Origin: Octopus vulgaris | Lineage: Eukaryota | Length of the DNA stretch: 64,000 nt | Direction: 5' to 3' | NCBI GenBank assembly: GCA_951406725.2 | Contig: OX597830.1 | Span: forward strand, 68,200,001 to 68,264,000 | Shown here: positions 1-60,872 of the stretch, one piece after another | Numbering within the stretch: the first letter of the stretch is position 1 | Layout of the letters: every line of letters begins with the position of its first letter | Notes under the pieces: generated by a model | What the model saw: only the letters and a program-made list of their open reading frames with translations | What the model was told of the DNA's origin: nothing | Database searches by the model: none | Translations under genes and position numbers: made by a program

Positions 1-683
1 GCCGGAGCCAGTGTGCCCAGAACTGGTTAAACCCATACTAGATTTATTCATAATTACCATTTCTATTAATGTGCTTTCATGTTGTTTCATGATACCTACT
101 GCTTGATCTGATCTTTTAAATTGGATGGAAAACGAAATAGACAAAACCAAACATCTCTAGGCATGTCCTGAATTGGACCCATTATCCTTCCCCAGCAAAT
201 ATGGAGCCTTGTGTCAAAATAACAAATCAATATTATGATTATTATCAGTGTCAAGTCATACTGCCAAAAGTTTGAGTCTTTAGTTAAAGAAATCTGATTA
301 GTCATCAGTTTCAGTCAAAGCTTTAAATATCTACAACGCTTTTAATATCAGCTCTAAAATCAAACTATCAACTATAGTAATAGCAGAGTTGCAAGCCAAG
401 GAGGGAGCAGATTACCTTGCCACTCAAAACTGCTAAAAATATAAGTTAAATCCATTTCAAATCATACCCTTTCAGCAAAAAGGAAGACTGACACAGTGGA
501 ATAATAAAGTCTTCTAATAAATATGTAAATACAGGAAAATAAAGACTGGATTACATACGTTCATAGACCTGTTCTATCAGGGCTAATAGGGGCTAAACAA
601 CAACATATTTAATAACATCAACAGTAATGACAACAACAAAAGCAAAAAAAAAAATTATTGTTCTATCGAAATGAAGAACAAAC

Positions 684-47290
<46,607 letters not shown>

Positions 47291-48146
47291 CTGAAAATAA
47301 AAGAAAATAATATGAATGTTTGCAGGAATGATGAGATTTCAGCATCTGGCATTAATAACACAGAGTTTCAAATTCTTTAACAAATTATACAGAGAAGACA
47401 TAACTGAACAGAAATACTATAATGAATAAGTATAACTACAATTATCTGGAAGAGATAATCCAATCCATATTAACACAAGTACACATGAATTTGTTTTTTA
47501 CTGATTTATAGTTTTTAGCATGGTACACTGGTTTTGACATGGGATTGGAATGAATCAAATCTTCCGGATAGAAACAGAGCCACATGAAGATAAGAGAATT
47601 TTATTTCACCAATTTAAACATCTGTCAGGCTGAGAAAGTTATACAATACACCTAATGCATATTTAAAAAATAGAGACTAAAATGAAAGGAAGGAAAGAAC
47701 AGATGCTAAAGATAAATGATCTTGTTGTTTAATATATTTAATATTTTTGTAGCCTCCATCAATTGAAAGATCTATTCATTGGTGAAACCTTCAAAGTAAA
47801 TTCCACCGCCAACGTTGGTATCCTATCAAAAACAAATTTCCAAAAGCACGCAGTAGTATCTTTCTTATCGCACTCACAGTTGCACTGCCCTTCAGAATTG
47901 TTAGAGTAGTCGTAGGATGTGGTTGTGCTGTGCAAGTTTATATACTGAGGTAAAAGGTAAATGATTTTCCTGGCCAAACACTTTTTAAACTTATAATAAA
48001 TATTCATTGAGCAAGCTGTTGATATGCATATGAGGCATTTTATATTAATTTTATTTTTCTACTGAATGATATAAACACTTCTGCTAATGATAAATTTATG
48101 AACGAATTTTCTGTTTAGCTGCTTATTGTTTGTCGTCTTCTTTAAA

Positions 48147-49900
48147 ATGCCTCGCACTTTTGTGAATAAGGCAGACAACTTCTGCAACATTTGAGGTGAG
48201 GTGACCTTTGCATCGCAGAAGCGCCGTATTACTGCTCTGGTTAGAAAGATATATCACCTATGTTTTGGATGCAAGATTGGCGACCAGGATAAGAAGTGGG
48301 CTCCTCACATGTGTTGCAACACTTGTGCTACTAGTCTTCACCAATGGTTGAACAGGAAAAGGAAAGGAATATATTTTATTGTACGAATGACGTGGCGGGA
48401 GCCAACAGACAATACAGGCAATTGTTATTTCTGCATGGTACTTCCAGTGAAAAAGGGCTTTTCAAAAAAGTGTCCCATGAATATCGAAATATTCCATTAG
48501 GTATGCGCCAGGTTCCACGTGGAAAATGCCTATCTGTTCCTGATGCACCAACTTCCATATTCTTCGAGTCAGATGAAGAAGGGGGTGAAGAGGAAGCAGA
48601 AGAGGATAACAGTGCTGGATTGCAGAATGACCAAAATTTTGATGAAACACACTCCCCTAGATCACATCTCATAGCAAAACGGGAATTCTATGGCCTTGAC
48701 AAGGATCTATGACTACCTGAGAATAGGGCAGAGCTGCTAGGCTCTCGTCTTCAACAGTGAAATCTCCGAATAGCTGATGTAAACTTTCAAAATTTCATGA
48801 CCGTCAGCAACAGTTCAGCAATTTTTTCATAATGGAAGGTGATTTATTGGCCTGAAAAAACATTAATGGTCTGATGGAAGCACTTGATACTGAATACGAA
48901 CCCAGTCACTGAAGGCTGTTCATGGATTCATGAAAAATTTGCCTGAAAGCTCTCTTGTTGCATAATGGCAATAGTGAACCTTCAGTTCATGTGGGCTATG
49001 CATCATATATGAAAAAAAACATATGAGAATATAAAGCTTATGCTGCAATGCATAAAATATAGTGAACATCAATGGCAGCTCTGTGATGACTTAAAGGTTG
49101 TTGCTTTTGTGATGGGCTCTCAGGACGGATACACCAAGTTCTTTTAGTTTCTGTGTGAATGGGATAGCTGTGCAAGAGGTTCGCACTGTATCAGGAGAGA
49201 CTGGTCACCTTGTCAAACGTTGACACTTGGGATGAAAAATGTTCAACTTCCACCTCTCACTGAGCCAAGCAAAATTTTTCTCCCATCACTACACATAAAA
49301 GTGGGGCTCATGAAAAAATTTGTAAAAGCTATGGACAAATCTGGTCAAGGATTCAAGTATTTAACATCAGAATTCCCACCCTCACTGAGCAATGCTATGA
49401 TAAAAGAGGGAGTCTTCATTGGTCCTCAGTGCTGAGAGCTTCTTAAAGAACTAATGGAAAACCTCGCCAAGGCTTACAAGAATATGAGATGTAACATGTC
49501 ATGTTAAATCCACGTTTGGAGACACATTTGGACGTTTTTCTAGCGAGCTGTGGGGCAGTTAGTGACGAACATGGTTGACAGTTTTACCAAGATATTTCAA
49601 CTATGGACACAGCGGTACCAGGGCAAATGGAGCAAAACGATGCTTGCTGGACATTATTCTTCAGCCCTCTATAAGCGTCAAGCAAAAAGGCAGGGAGTAG
49701 ATACTGACTAGAGCATTAAACATAATGACAAAATCTGTACGTTATAATAAAATAATCAAATATTATATGTCATGTGTCTTTCAACCTATAGCTAATATGC
49801 ATTTTTCAAGGTCATATTTGGATTCAGGACATGAAAATACGTAAGAATTAACTAATCTCACTTAAGAAGCACACGACTTTTCAAAAGATGACGACCAGTG
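48147..49900 (+). mobile_element. Chapaev/Transib-like DNA transposase pseudogene
   Basis: MPRTFVNKADNFCNI*GE, CFGCKIGDQDKKWAPHMCCNTC, WREP..CYFC, LHIKVGLMKKFVKAMD, IKEGVFIGPQ, SDEHG*QFYQDI. The element ends ..CAGTG|TTAA at 49900. The superfamily is assigned from motif recall. Confidence 0.7.
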
Positions 49901-49907
49901 TTAATAG

Positions 49908-49908
<1 letters not shown>

Positions 49909-49994
<86 letters not shown>

Positions 49995-50018
49995 CGTGTG
50001 TGTGTGTGTATGTGTGTG
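49909..50018. repeat. (GT)n microsatellite
   Basis: Directly visible. Confidence 0.95.
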
Positions 50019-52032
50019 AGCGTAAGGCTTATCTCAGGATCTTGAACTTCAGAGATGTGATTAAAAGCTTGGACACCATGGAAGAAATTTTAGAGAACCA
50101 GTATCACTTGTGATATGCAGTTCTCCAAAAGACATACCACTTCAGTGGTGCTCTTGTAAAGTTGTGTATGTATATTTATGTTTAACTCGGCCCTTCACCC
50201 AATTTCAATTCTCTTCAAGTCATCCACCACCTCCATCAACTCCCTAACACCAGTTCTTACTTGATAGCACTTTTCTTTCTATCCAGAATAAATTCACTAT
50301 TTATCCATCCTTCATCATTTAATGTTGTTCTTTCCACCCACACTTTCATTCATCACTCCCACCCACCCCACTATGCCATCAAATTATCTCGCCGCCGCCA
50401 CCACCACTACACCTGTCACCCTCTCCTTTCTCTTCGCCGCTCATTCCTCAGCCTACTCAACAGCATGTCATCTCTCTTGTCTTTTTTACTGTGCCATCTT
50501 TGTTTTTCCTGTTGTTCTGTATTATAAGATATCTCCTGCTCCCCACGCATTTGTACCAATCTTTTAGCTTCAATGTCCTTTTTGGCACCTCGTAACCCCT
50601 ATCGTCCATCATTTTCCTTCTCCACTCGTTCATCTCTCTCCTGTGTAACAACGAACTTGTTCTGCTCAAACCCTTTTCGCTCATACTTTACTGCTTTCTA
50701 CTCCTAATTCTGCATAAAATTATCCTACCTCGGGATGCATAGTCGTTCGAGCTACATGATGACCTTTCTAGTGTCCCGCCGTACTAAAATGAAGACTACT
50801 ACACTGGCCATAATAATACAAAAAAGTAGAAGGCTTCTCTAAATATATGGAATATAGTTTCTGGAACTACCAGTAACAGATAAAGTAGACAACTCTACTT
50901 ATTGGAAAAATAGTAGCTGGCTCTACCAGAATGAAGAATAATAGTTTGGCCCTCCAGTATAAAAGATTGCACCAATGTGAGAAAATATATAAGAATATTC
51001 ATAAAAAGGATATACAGTATTCTTTTTATACATATCCATTGATGAAAATTTCAACAAACCATTCATCACAATTCAGGCAAATAGAACAAAAGAAAAGTAT
51101 TTTAAAATTTAAAAAGACTTACTTTACTTTTGTTGGTAAAACCATCTACGGCAGGTTTGTTTGAGAGTCTGCAAATTGAATAAATGAGAAAATTCCAGAT
51201 TAGTAAAGTGAATTTGTCATGATGAGTCTAGAATCGAATGATTCACTCTTTATCTTTTAACTGAGAATGGGGAATATAAGTGATATGGAAGGATTCTGAC
51301 CACCTCAAGTGACTAAAAGTGCACTGACATATTTCTTTAAAATCAACAACTGTCGAGTTGACAGCAGCAATTAACTGTGAACAGTTTATAGAGGGGAATT
51401 AGCCTCAAGCAGCAGTAATAGTAGTGTGTCACGTAAATACTTTCTCCCCTCTACCCAAATTCGTTAAATGTTTTTATCCAGCACCAGGATTTAAAAGTGG
51501 TGACGAGATATTCGAAGCTTTGGTTAAAATGTTTCGGTATGGAACCAGAGAAAAAAATCGTTAACATGGAGGACTTATTGACCTGTGTGGTGCAGTTGCA
51601 CCAGCAACAACAGCTGCAACAGCGATTACAACAGCAACAACAAAACCAGCATTTGCTGGAGTTAATATGGAAGCAGTCTGAAAATACTTCAGGTTTATAC
51701 TCGCCAGACAGTGTAGCAAACGCCATTGGAGAGTTCAGTTATAATCCAGAAAAAAGGAACTACGTTCTCTGCATGTTTTTGAAGATACGTAGAAAGTTTC
51801 AAAGAAGAATGTAAAAGTTGTTCTGACAAGAAAAAAGTACGACTACTTTTAAGAAAGTTATTGCCTACCAAACATGAAAATTATAGTAACTATATTATGC
51901 CCAAGAAACCAAGTGAGATTTGTTTCGATGAAACAATTATTTATAGAAACTTATCAATGAAACAAGTTCCCTGTGTTCCCTCGCTGGCAGTGTTTAAATT
52001 TGATAAAAAAAATGAAGCTTTCGTCACCTATG

Positions 52033-52933
52033 GGGGAAAATTTGAGCTGATGCATTTTGGAAGAAATTCCTCACTAAAACAACCATACTCTCTTCCTTCA
52101 GGGGAACCGCTCACAGCCTCTAACAATATCAGAGACCTGGGTGTAATTGTTGATGACGATCTCAGTTGGAGTGCACACATCAACAAGAAGGTCGATATAG
52201 CTCGTAGGATGAGTTCCTGGATCTTAAGAACTTTCCGGTCCAGAGAACAAGGTGTCATCATACCACTTTTTTCCTCCTTTGTACGGCCACACCTTGAATA
52301 CTGCTGCCCACTGTGGTCTCCTCACACAAGACAAAACATCTCCAGAATTGAATCACCCCAGAGGGCTCTCACTAAACAAATTGAAGGCATGGCTGCTCTC
52401 GATTATTGGGATCGCCTTAAAGCCTTGAAACTTTACTCCCCCAGCGTCGCCGTGAGCGGTACATCATTTGTACGATGTGGAAAATATACCGCCAACTTTG
52501 CCCAAACGACCTAAACATTAGCTTCAAGGTTCATCCAAGACTTGGACCACGAGCTATACGTCCCCTGCCAAATTCAAGATCACAACATACATGTACACTG
52601 CAACATAATTTCTTTTCCTCAACAGGCCCTGCCCTATCTAACATTGTCCCGAGGGAGATCAAAGAGGAAAAGGATCCCATCAACTTTAAACAGTCTGGAT
52701 AGATTCCTTCAAAGAATACCAGATAAGCCAACCATAATTGGATACAACTCACCCAACAAGAACTCACTACTTGAACAAAACTGGATACAACTCACCCAAC
52801 AAGAACTCACTACTTGAACAAAACTTGACTTAAACAAAACTTGACATAAACAGGATTCGAATAATCCTATCAGGTGATGCTATTAAGTTAGACATGGCCT
52901 GGACCAATCTTTGGTCGAAACATATCTAATTTT
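52033..52933 (+). mobile_element. CR1 family B 3' fragment inserted in Gypsy gag
   Basis: KFELMHFG..IRDLGV..RPHLEYCCPLWSP, homologous to 20820-21660. Gag reads through (EAFVTY|AGIVNRL-like) when it is removed; TATG on both sides. 43-bp tandem duplication at 52740-52825. Confidence 0.9.
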
Positions 52934-53219
52934 ATGCTGGGATTGTTAACAGATTGTGAAAAATTCAAATTAAAGGAATTAACTTTGGACATGTTCAAAT
53001 GTCTAATTTTTGTTCAAAGACTAACTGCAAGCAAAGATGCAGATATACGTTCCCAGATATTAACGAAAGTAGAACAGGGCCAAAAATTAATTCTCCAGGT
53101 AGTGGCAGAAGCATGCCAAAGGGTTATGAATTTAAGATATAACACAGGTAAAATTGAAGAAAAAGATTGCTCTCATAATCATGCGTGTCGACCTGTGACG
53201 ATTAGTTAAAAAGAAAAAT

Positions 53220-53563
53220 GTTTTTGTTTTTTTTTAAAGACTCCGCCGGTTACGACGACGAGGGTCCCAGCTGATACAATCAACGGAACAGCTTGCTCGT
53301 GAAATTAACGTGCAAATGGCTGAGCATTCCACAGACACGTGTACCCTCCTTAACGTAGTTCTCGGGGATAATCAGCGTGACACAGAGAGTGACAAGGCTG
53401 ACCCTTTGAAATACAAGTACAACTCATTTTTGCCAGCTGAGTGGACTGGAGCAACGTGAAATAAAGTGTCTTGCTCAAGGACACAACGCGTCGCCGGGAA
53501 TCGAACTCACAACCTTACGATCATGAGCCGAGTGCCCGAGTGCACTAAGCCACGCGCCCTCAC
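53220..53563 (-). mobile_element. tRNA-derived SINE with 13-bp target-site duplication
   Basis: A-box GTGGCTTAGTG, B-box GAGTTCGATTCCC, gtccttgagcaagacacttta core, A-rich tail. TSD taaaaagaaaaat at 53207-53219 and 53564-53576. Confidence 0.88.
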
Positions 53564-55364
53564 TAAAAAGAAAAATATGTGAAGACTGAATCCATGTTAT
53601 GAGTGGGGTGGTCTGCATTTTAAAAATAACTGTCCGTTTAAAAAAAAAAACGTTTTAAGAGTAGTGAAAATGGGCATAAAAAGCTCACACTATAGAGAGT
53701 AACAGAAAAAAAAAGCTCGAAAGAAAAAAATTCTGGGAAATCTGTATTGTCAATAGTAATCAAATAAGAAAATTTGTATTCATAAAAATGAATGATGTTG
53801 ATACCAAACTACAATCAGATATGGAAAGTGATATCTCTATAATTAACGCAGATACATGGAAAAAAAATCGGGGGACTAAGTTTAAAAGAAAGTCGAAAAT
53901 TGCACCATGATGCTTCAGGAAAAAAATTACATTTTAAGGGCGAAATGTTAAGTGAGATTACATTTCGTGAAAAATCTTTAAAAGCCAAAGTTTTTTGTGT
54001 TGAATGATACGGCAAATTTATTCCGAACAGACTGGATGAAATTATTTAACTTATGGGATCTCTCCATAAATTGTTGTTTCTGTAAAAATATGAATTGCTT
54101 TTCTGCCAGTACAAATAAGGCGTCGGACGGATGAAAAATAAAATTTAAAAGATTTTTCCTGAAGTTTTTTTTCTGATGAATTAGATTTGTGCACCAAAAA
54201 CAAAGGCGAAGTTTCAACTACAAGGAAATGCTATAACGGTATCTAAACCAAAACGAACTCCGTCTTTCGCAGCGTTGAAACAAATAAATGAAGAATTTGA
54301 TAGACGTAAAAAGCTTGGGGTTACGGAAAAAATTGTTTATGCTGAATGGGCATCACCAACAGTTTACGTCAAGGAAAAGCAATAAAATCCAGGTATGTGC
54401 TGATTTTTCTAACAGGTTTAAACGAGTGATTGATGACACATAATTACCCACTATCAAGTCCGGAAGAAATATTCGCTAAGTTAAATGGCAGAATTTTTTT
54501 AAAAAGTTGAACGTATCTGAAGCACACCTAAAGGTACAACTTGAGGAGGAATGTTAAAAATTATTTACAATAAATGCACAGAGAGGAGTATATAAATTTA
54601 ACAGACTTCATTTTGGTGTAAAGGCAGCACCAGGTATTTTCCAACGAGTCATGGACACTATGCTCGTAGTTGCGGATTTCGCAGTAGCCTACATGGATGA
54701 CATACTCATTAAAAGCGAATCCCAGGACCAGCATGTAGGGCAAGTGAAATATGTGTTCGAAAGAATAAAGGATTACAGCTTCACTTTGAGTGAGGAGAAG
54801 TGTGAATTCTTACCGAAAATAAAATCTCTAGAGCAAATCATCGACAAAAATGGACGTCGACTAGATGTGTTGAGGGCAGATGCAGTTAAAAATATGCGCC
54901 ATCCGTTAAACATATCGATCTTACAAGTTTTTTTGGAAGTTGAAAATTATTATCAAAATTATATACCAAATATGCACAAGGTAAGAATTCCACTAAACAA
55001 TCTACTAAAATAAGATATAAATTGGAATTGATCTGAAATGGTCAGGTGTTCGATGAAATTAAGAAAAAAACATTAACATCTGATTTGTTTTGTGTAACGT
55101 CATACGTGAATTGCCTGTTACATTGCAAGACATAAAAAGTAAAAGCGAAAGACGACAATGTGTTCATGTATGCACAAAGAGCCGCAGTGCTAGCCGCACT
55201 GCAGAAGCGATTACTAAAGTAATTTCACATTAGTTACCCAGGGATTTCGGGAATGAGATCATTAATGAAAAGTTACGCATATTGGTCAACAATGGACCGT
55301 GACAATGAAGAACTAGTAAAATCATGCAGAGGCTGTGCCCTAGCTGCAAAAATACATCCTTAAA

Positions 55365-56175
55365 GGACCCATATTCCGGGACCATTTGAGTGGCATGCGC
55401 TGCTCGACCCGAGGAAAATTCTAACTGGGCCCCACCTGCAAAGCCATGCGCTGTTTATTTTGATTTGACGTCACCATGTCGCGCACTTATGCTTGTGTGG
55501 CATGTGCCTGGTGTACCCTTATCAAGCGGCTAGTCACGATTGGTATTCTGGGCATCGTATATTTTACCCCAGTGTAACTTTGATGGCGTGCACTTCCCTC
55601 TCACTCAATAATAATAATAATAGTAATAATAAATGCCCTGATGCCGTACCAGAAACTGTCTCGTGGCTTCTCATCTTATCTGATTGGAAGTGTTATCATA
55701 TACATTGATTTGTTTTTGGTATAAAAGATGGGCAACAGCAAATTTTTGCTCAATATCACAGATTTGCTTGTCAGTTGTTTGACCTTAACCAATTGAGCAT
55801 GTCTCTTAATGGCTGACAATATTTGCATCTCTGATCACGGGTAGCAGTAGTGGGGACCATCATAGTTATGTGTTGAGAGGAATTATTTGAGGGTTAATTA
55901 ATTCACCTCTAGAGACACGGGTACTTCGTTCATCATCCTTAAAATAAACCTTATTCAGGAACCTTTTGAGCGAGGTGCGCTACTCGACCTGAAGAAAATT
56001 CCACCCGCATGGTTATGTGGTATTTATCTTGATATGACGTCACCATGCTGCGCACATATGTTTGTGATGTATGTGCTTGGTGTAACCTCATTAGAAGGTT
56101 AGTCATGATGGGTATACTGAGCTTCCTATATTTTGCCCCGGTTTCACTATGAAAGCATGCACTGCTCTCTCACTC

Positions 56176-56216
<41 letters not shown>

Positions 56217-56445
56217 TAACAATAATAATAATGAGAAGAAGAAGAAGAAGAAGAAGAAGAAGAAGAAGAAGAAGAAGAAGAAGAAAAAGAAGAAGAAGAA
56301 GAACCTTATCGATTGAAGTTTCTATTTAGTATTATTCGCATCCACCAGCTTTCAGTTATACTGTAACATCTCTTATTCTTCACTCGCCTTATGACGCTAT
56401 GTGTGGCTCGGCAAGTGATTGTAACAAACATGCAGATTACAAGTA

Positions 56446-56489
<44 letters not shown>

Positions 56490-56977
56490 CCCTGATGCAT
56501 TACCAGACACTGGCTCTCATGTCTTCTGATCTTAACTGATTGGAAATGCTATCATTTACATTGATTTGTCTTGGTATAAAAGATGTGCTACAGCAAATAT
56601 TCTGCTTAATATCACAGATTTACTTGTCAGATGTTTGACTTTAATCAGTTGAGCATGTCCTTTAGTGGCTGTCGATTTGTGCAGAAGTAGTGGGGGAGTA
56701 TCATAGCTATGTGTTGAGAGGAATTCTTTGCGGGTCTTGAATAATTCACGTCTGGAGATATGGATGCTTCGTTCATCATCCTTAAAACAAGCCTTATTCA
56801 GGAACCTCTTGAGCGGAGTGATCTACTTAAACTGGGTGGCCGTGTTGCATGTGCTAGGTGTACCCTTATCAGAAGGGTAGTCATGATGGTTATACTGGGC
56901 TTCATATATTTCATTCCACTGTCATTTTGATTGCATGCGCTGTTCTTTCAATCAATCAATCAATCAATCAGTCAATC

Positions 56978-57023
<46 letters not shown>

Positions 57024-57026
57024 TAT

Positions 57027-57071
<45 letters not shown>

Positions 57072-57072
57072 T
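55365..57072 (+). mobile_element. Three head-to-tail copies of an (AAT)n-tailed non-coding element
   Basis: Copies at ~55365-55630 (partial), 55631-56232 and 56486-57072. Head aaatrccctgatgc.taccag; end ct.tc.ctcaataataat. Confidence 0.8.
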
Positions 57073-57199
57073 AACTGTACCCGTTAAAATGTCACGGAAA
57101 ATAAGTGTAAGCATCTGTAAATTGTGTGCGTGTGCTAAGAGAAATGTTTCTGTATTGTGACAATTACAGAATATAGAAAGTGGTGTAAAATCAGTAAGT

Positions 57200-57422
57200 A
57201 TATAACCCTTGCTACCCTGGGCGCAGGGCTTGAAATTTGGGGAGACGCGATAACACGATTACATCAACGCATGTACGGAACTGGTACTTATTGCATCGAC
57301 CCCGAAATGATGAACGACAAAGTCGATCATGGCAGAATTTGAACTCAGAACGTAGTGACGGGGGGAAGTACCGCTAAGCATTTTGTCCAGCCTGTTAACG
57401 AATCTGTCAGCTAACCGCCTTA
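57200..57422 (-). mobile_element. SINE (same family as 38558-38750)
   Basis: aaggcggttagctg..gttctgagttcaaattctgcc..gactttgtc..cggggtcgat on the minus strand. Confidence 0.75.
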
Positions 57423-57570
57423 GAATAAATTGAAAAAAAGCAATAACTATATAATCCAACCCACATATCTCAGTTACGCATACGTAAGCAGTATTACTAG
57501 TTAGCCATAAAATACATCGCACATATTCAAAGAACCTTCTTGGTTTAGTGGAACGGAACCTATTTCTGCT

Positions 57571-57855
57571 ATTCTTTTACTCTTTTACTTGTTTCAGTTA
57601 TTTGACTGTGACGATGCTGGAATATCGCCCTTTAGTCGAAGAAATCGACTTCTGGACTTATTTCTTGTAAGCCTGGTGCTTATTCTAGCAAACTCTTCTG
57701 CCGAACAGCTAGGTTACGGGGACGCAAACACACCAACATCGGTTGTCAAGCGATGGTAGTGAGGGGCACAAATACAGACACAAATACACACACACACACA
57801 TATATATTTATACATAACGGGTTTCTTTCAGTTTCCGTCTACCAAATCCCCTCAC
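57571..57855 (-). mobile_element. SINE with CR1-like 3' tail
   Basis: ggatttggtagacggaaactgaaagaaacccg body; 3' end ggcgatattccagcatcgtcacagtcaaataactgaaacaagtaaaagagtaaaaga. Confidence 0.78.
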
Positions 57856-59181
57856 GAAGTGCAGCTGTCTTTGCGTTTGACTCATGTGTTCCCGATTCTG
57901 TTGATCTCCCTCTTTCTTATTTTGAAAGTGCACTTCTCTTTGGTCTTGGCTCATTTGTTCAACCCCATCCTTTATCCAATCTTTACAGTTGGTCCTTGCC
58001 TCCCTTTCCCTTTCCCATTTCTCCATTTTTTGCTAACCAAATCCTTTTTACAACCCCACCAATTCACACACCTATTTCCTTGTTCCTACCCACTTCTATT
58101 CACGTTGAAGCGCCACCTAGACACCTGAGCATTATTATCTATACCTTTTCAGCTCTTCATTATTCTCGCCCAAACCTCTAAAGATAAACAGCTAAAACAC
58201 GACAAGAACCTTCTCTGAGAAGATCCTTCTCTGCAACCCACTCTTTCCTTACTGTATCTCTTCATTCCCCAACTTAAAACCTACCAATATTCTTAGCAGC
58301 TGCGTGGAAACTTCAGTATTGATGGTGGCATGCAAAAAGGTCCCCAGTACACTCTGTAAAGTGGTTAGGATTAGGAAAGGAAGCCAACTGTATGCCAAAT
58401 TATGCCAAATTTCACATTGGACATTGATGAAACAACTCTTGTTACATTTGGTCATATATTTTCCAGTTAATCACTCGTACTATATATTTGGTTTTCACTT
58501 TGACTTTATCGATAATATTAGGCGTAAGATATTAACGGTACATGTGGAAAACACAATACTTGGCGAGATAACGTGGGACACACAGTACACAGGAAAAATT
58601 TTTTTGTATAATTTATTACTAATTACACATGTTTAATTTCCTAATACGAGTTGCCAAGATAAACAGGGAACAGGAATATGTAAGAATTCTCCTATTAGAA
58701 ATTCTTCATAGAAAGAAAGTAATACAAAATTTTATTTGGATGAAGCTTTAATATATAGTTAATGTGTGGATGTACGTGTGCATATAATAACAAGATGGTT
58801 ATAGTATTTTTAATTTGTAATAATTTAAATTGGTCAAAATTATCAAAACCCTAATTGTCTTATGGTTGTCACTTTTGCTGAACTTAAGGTGCTGTATTAA
58901 ATGCTTGCCAGATATTGCTTTTTAACCCTCCTCTATAGGCGTTCATCCCTTCAACATTGAACCTACTCCACTCCATCACTTTTATTTTATATAAATACCA
59001 GTGATATTGTGGTTTTGATGCGGTTTACTGTATATTTCATTATTGCTGAAATTGTCCAAATACCTCAGGATAAAAATCAATATTTTAATTTCTTTAAGAA
59101 TCAATTATCGAGAGATGTAGGTGCTTAGTGGGTCTTTCAATATGTTGAAGAAAAGTTATCTGGAAATGTCTGTCTACTTAC

Positions 59182-59240
59182 ATATCCGAAACAAATGTCG
59201 GTTTAAAATACCGTTGAATTAGTCTTTCTGATGCTTGAGG
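59182..59240 (-). other. Candidate upstream exon (5'UTR or coding) of the TRPM gene
   Basis: Strong polypyrimidine acceptor (gttttttctcttttctctag|) and a gtaagt donor 59 bp later, in non-repetitive DNA. No recognisable protein motif, and the open frame does not join directly to the 47290 exon. Confidence 0.3.
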
Positions 59241-60132
59241 CTAGAGAAAAGAGAAAAAACAATGTTAATTGTTGAAAGAAACGTTTGGGTTAGTATTTCT
59301 AGGTATAGAAAACAAGTTTTAAGTAAAATATATGTTTGAAGGAGGAGGTATATAAGTAACAGTAGTAAGCAAGAGACAAAGAATAACCACATCTAAAAGT
59401 CTAACAACTACACACGGATATAGACACAGAAAAATCCATTTACAGAAAAAAGATAAGCAGTTTTATTTTCAATTTAGTTTTAGAGATTTCAACATGGTTA
59501 GCATCATTGAATTCAAATGAAGGTCTGAAATCGTATTTACAACTATTTTATTTTTATGAAGTTCAGTATTTATGATATCAGTGCAGATCCTTTTAATGTC
59601 TTACTAATTTAGGCATAATTAAATAAAATCTTTAGGAAAATAATATCCTCAGATGCAATATGAAACACAATTTATATATGTATACATGAATTATAAAGTT
59701 CACATCCTGAAATCATCAAAAGGCTCCCAAGAGACTAAAATGCAAAGAAGAAAAACGGTAAAGACATTAAATAGCTTTATAAGTTATAGAAAGTTTTTTT
59801 TAAAAATTATGATGAACATATAAATATCATTTAATGTAAGTTTATTTAAGCGTGAACATTTTAGCTGTACATTTTCACAATTGAAAAACGGACATATTTT
59901 TATACAATAGTTTACATGAAATTTGTAGAACTTTTGCAAGGATTGTGCAATCTAAACAGGAACTAACTTCTTATTTTTCTCAATTCACCCATGATTGCAG
60001 GTTTCTTGCACAAATACTATTCAATTATGAACGCTTCCTCGCTACACTAGGGCATTAGTTCTTGTGACAAAAGCATCTATATTCTCAGAAGATAACATAG
60101 GCATCAACAATGCAAACCTGACTGGAGTACAG

Positions 60133-60163
60133 TATGTATATATATATATATATATATATACAT

Positions 60164-60224
<61 letters not shown>

Positions 60225-60317
60225 CATATATATATATACTTACATATATATATATACATACATACTTACATATATATATATACATACATATATATATATA
60301 TACATACATATATATAC

Positions 60318-60364
<47 letters not shown>

Positions 60365-60457
60365 CATACATATATATATATATATACATACATATATATA
60401 TACATATATATATATACATACATATATATATATATATATACACATACATATATATAC

Positions 60458-60508
<51 letters not shown>

Positions 60509-60517
60509 CATATATAT

Positions 60518-60570
<53 letters not shown>

Positions 60571-60573
60571 CAC

Positions 60574-60642
<69 letters not shown>

Positions 60643-60755
60643 CATATATATATACATATATATATATATACATACATATATATATATATACATACATATA
60701 TATATATATACATACATAGAAATATACATATACATACATATATATATATACATAC

Positions 60756-60822
<67 letters not shown>

Positions 60823-60872
60823 CATATATATATATATTCATACATATATATATATATATATATATATACATA
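60133..60872. repeat. ~740-bp (TA)n/(TACA)n microsatellite
   Basis: Directly visible. Confidence 0.95.

Larger units (their letters stand above)
51215..55360 (+). mobile_element. Gypsy-type LTR retrotransposon relic (putative 5' LTR, PBS, gag, RT, integrase Zn region) with two nested insertions
   Basis: PBS-like TGGTGACGAG near 51497; Gln-rich gag; WASPTVYVK, FGVKAAPGIFQ and AYMDDILI (ORF 54651..55013); YPGISGMRSLMKSYAYW..CRGC. No 3' LTR seen. Confidence 0.85.

Noticed and set aside
47526-47540. Left terminal inverted repeat of the Chapaev-like element (CACTGGT)
   Set aside because: Matches the right end for only 7 bp, which is not enough to define the boundary.
53480-53563. tRNA gene
   Set aside because: A/B boxes are present but continue into a SINE body with an A-rich tail and TSD; no intact cloverleaf.
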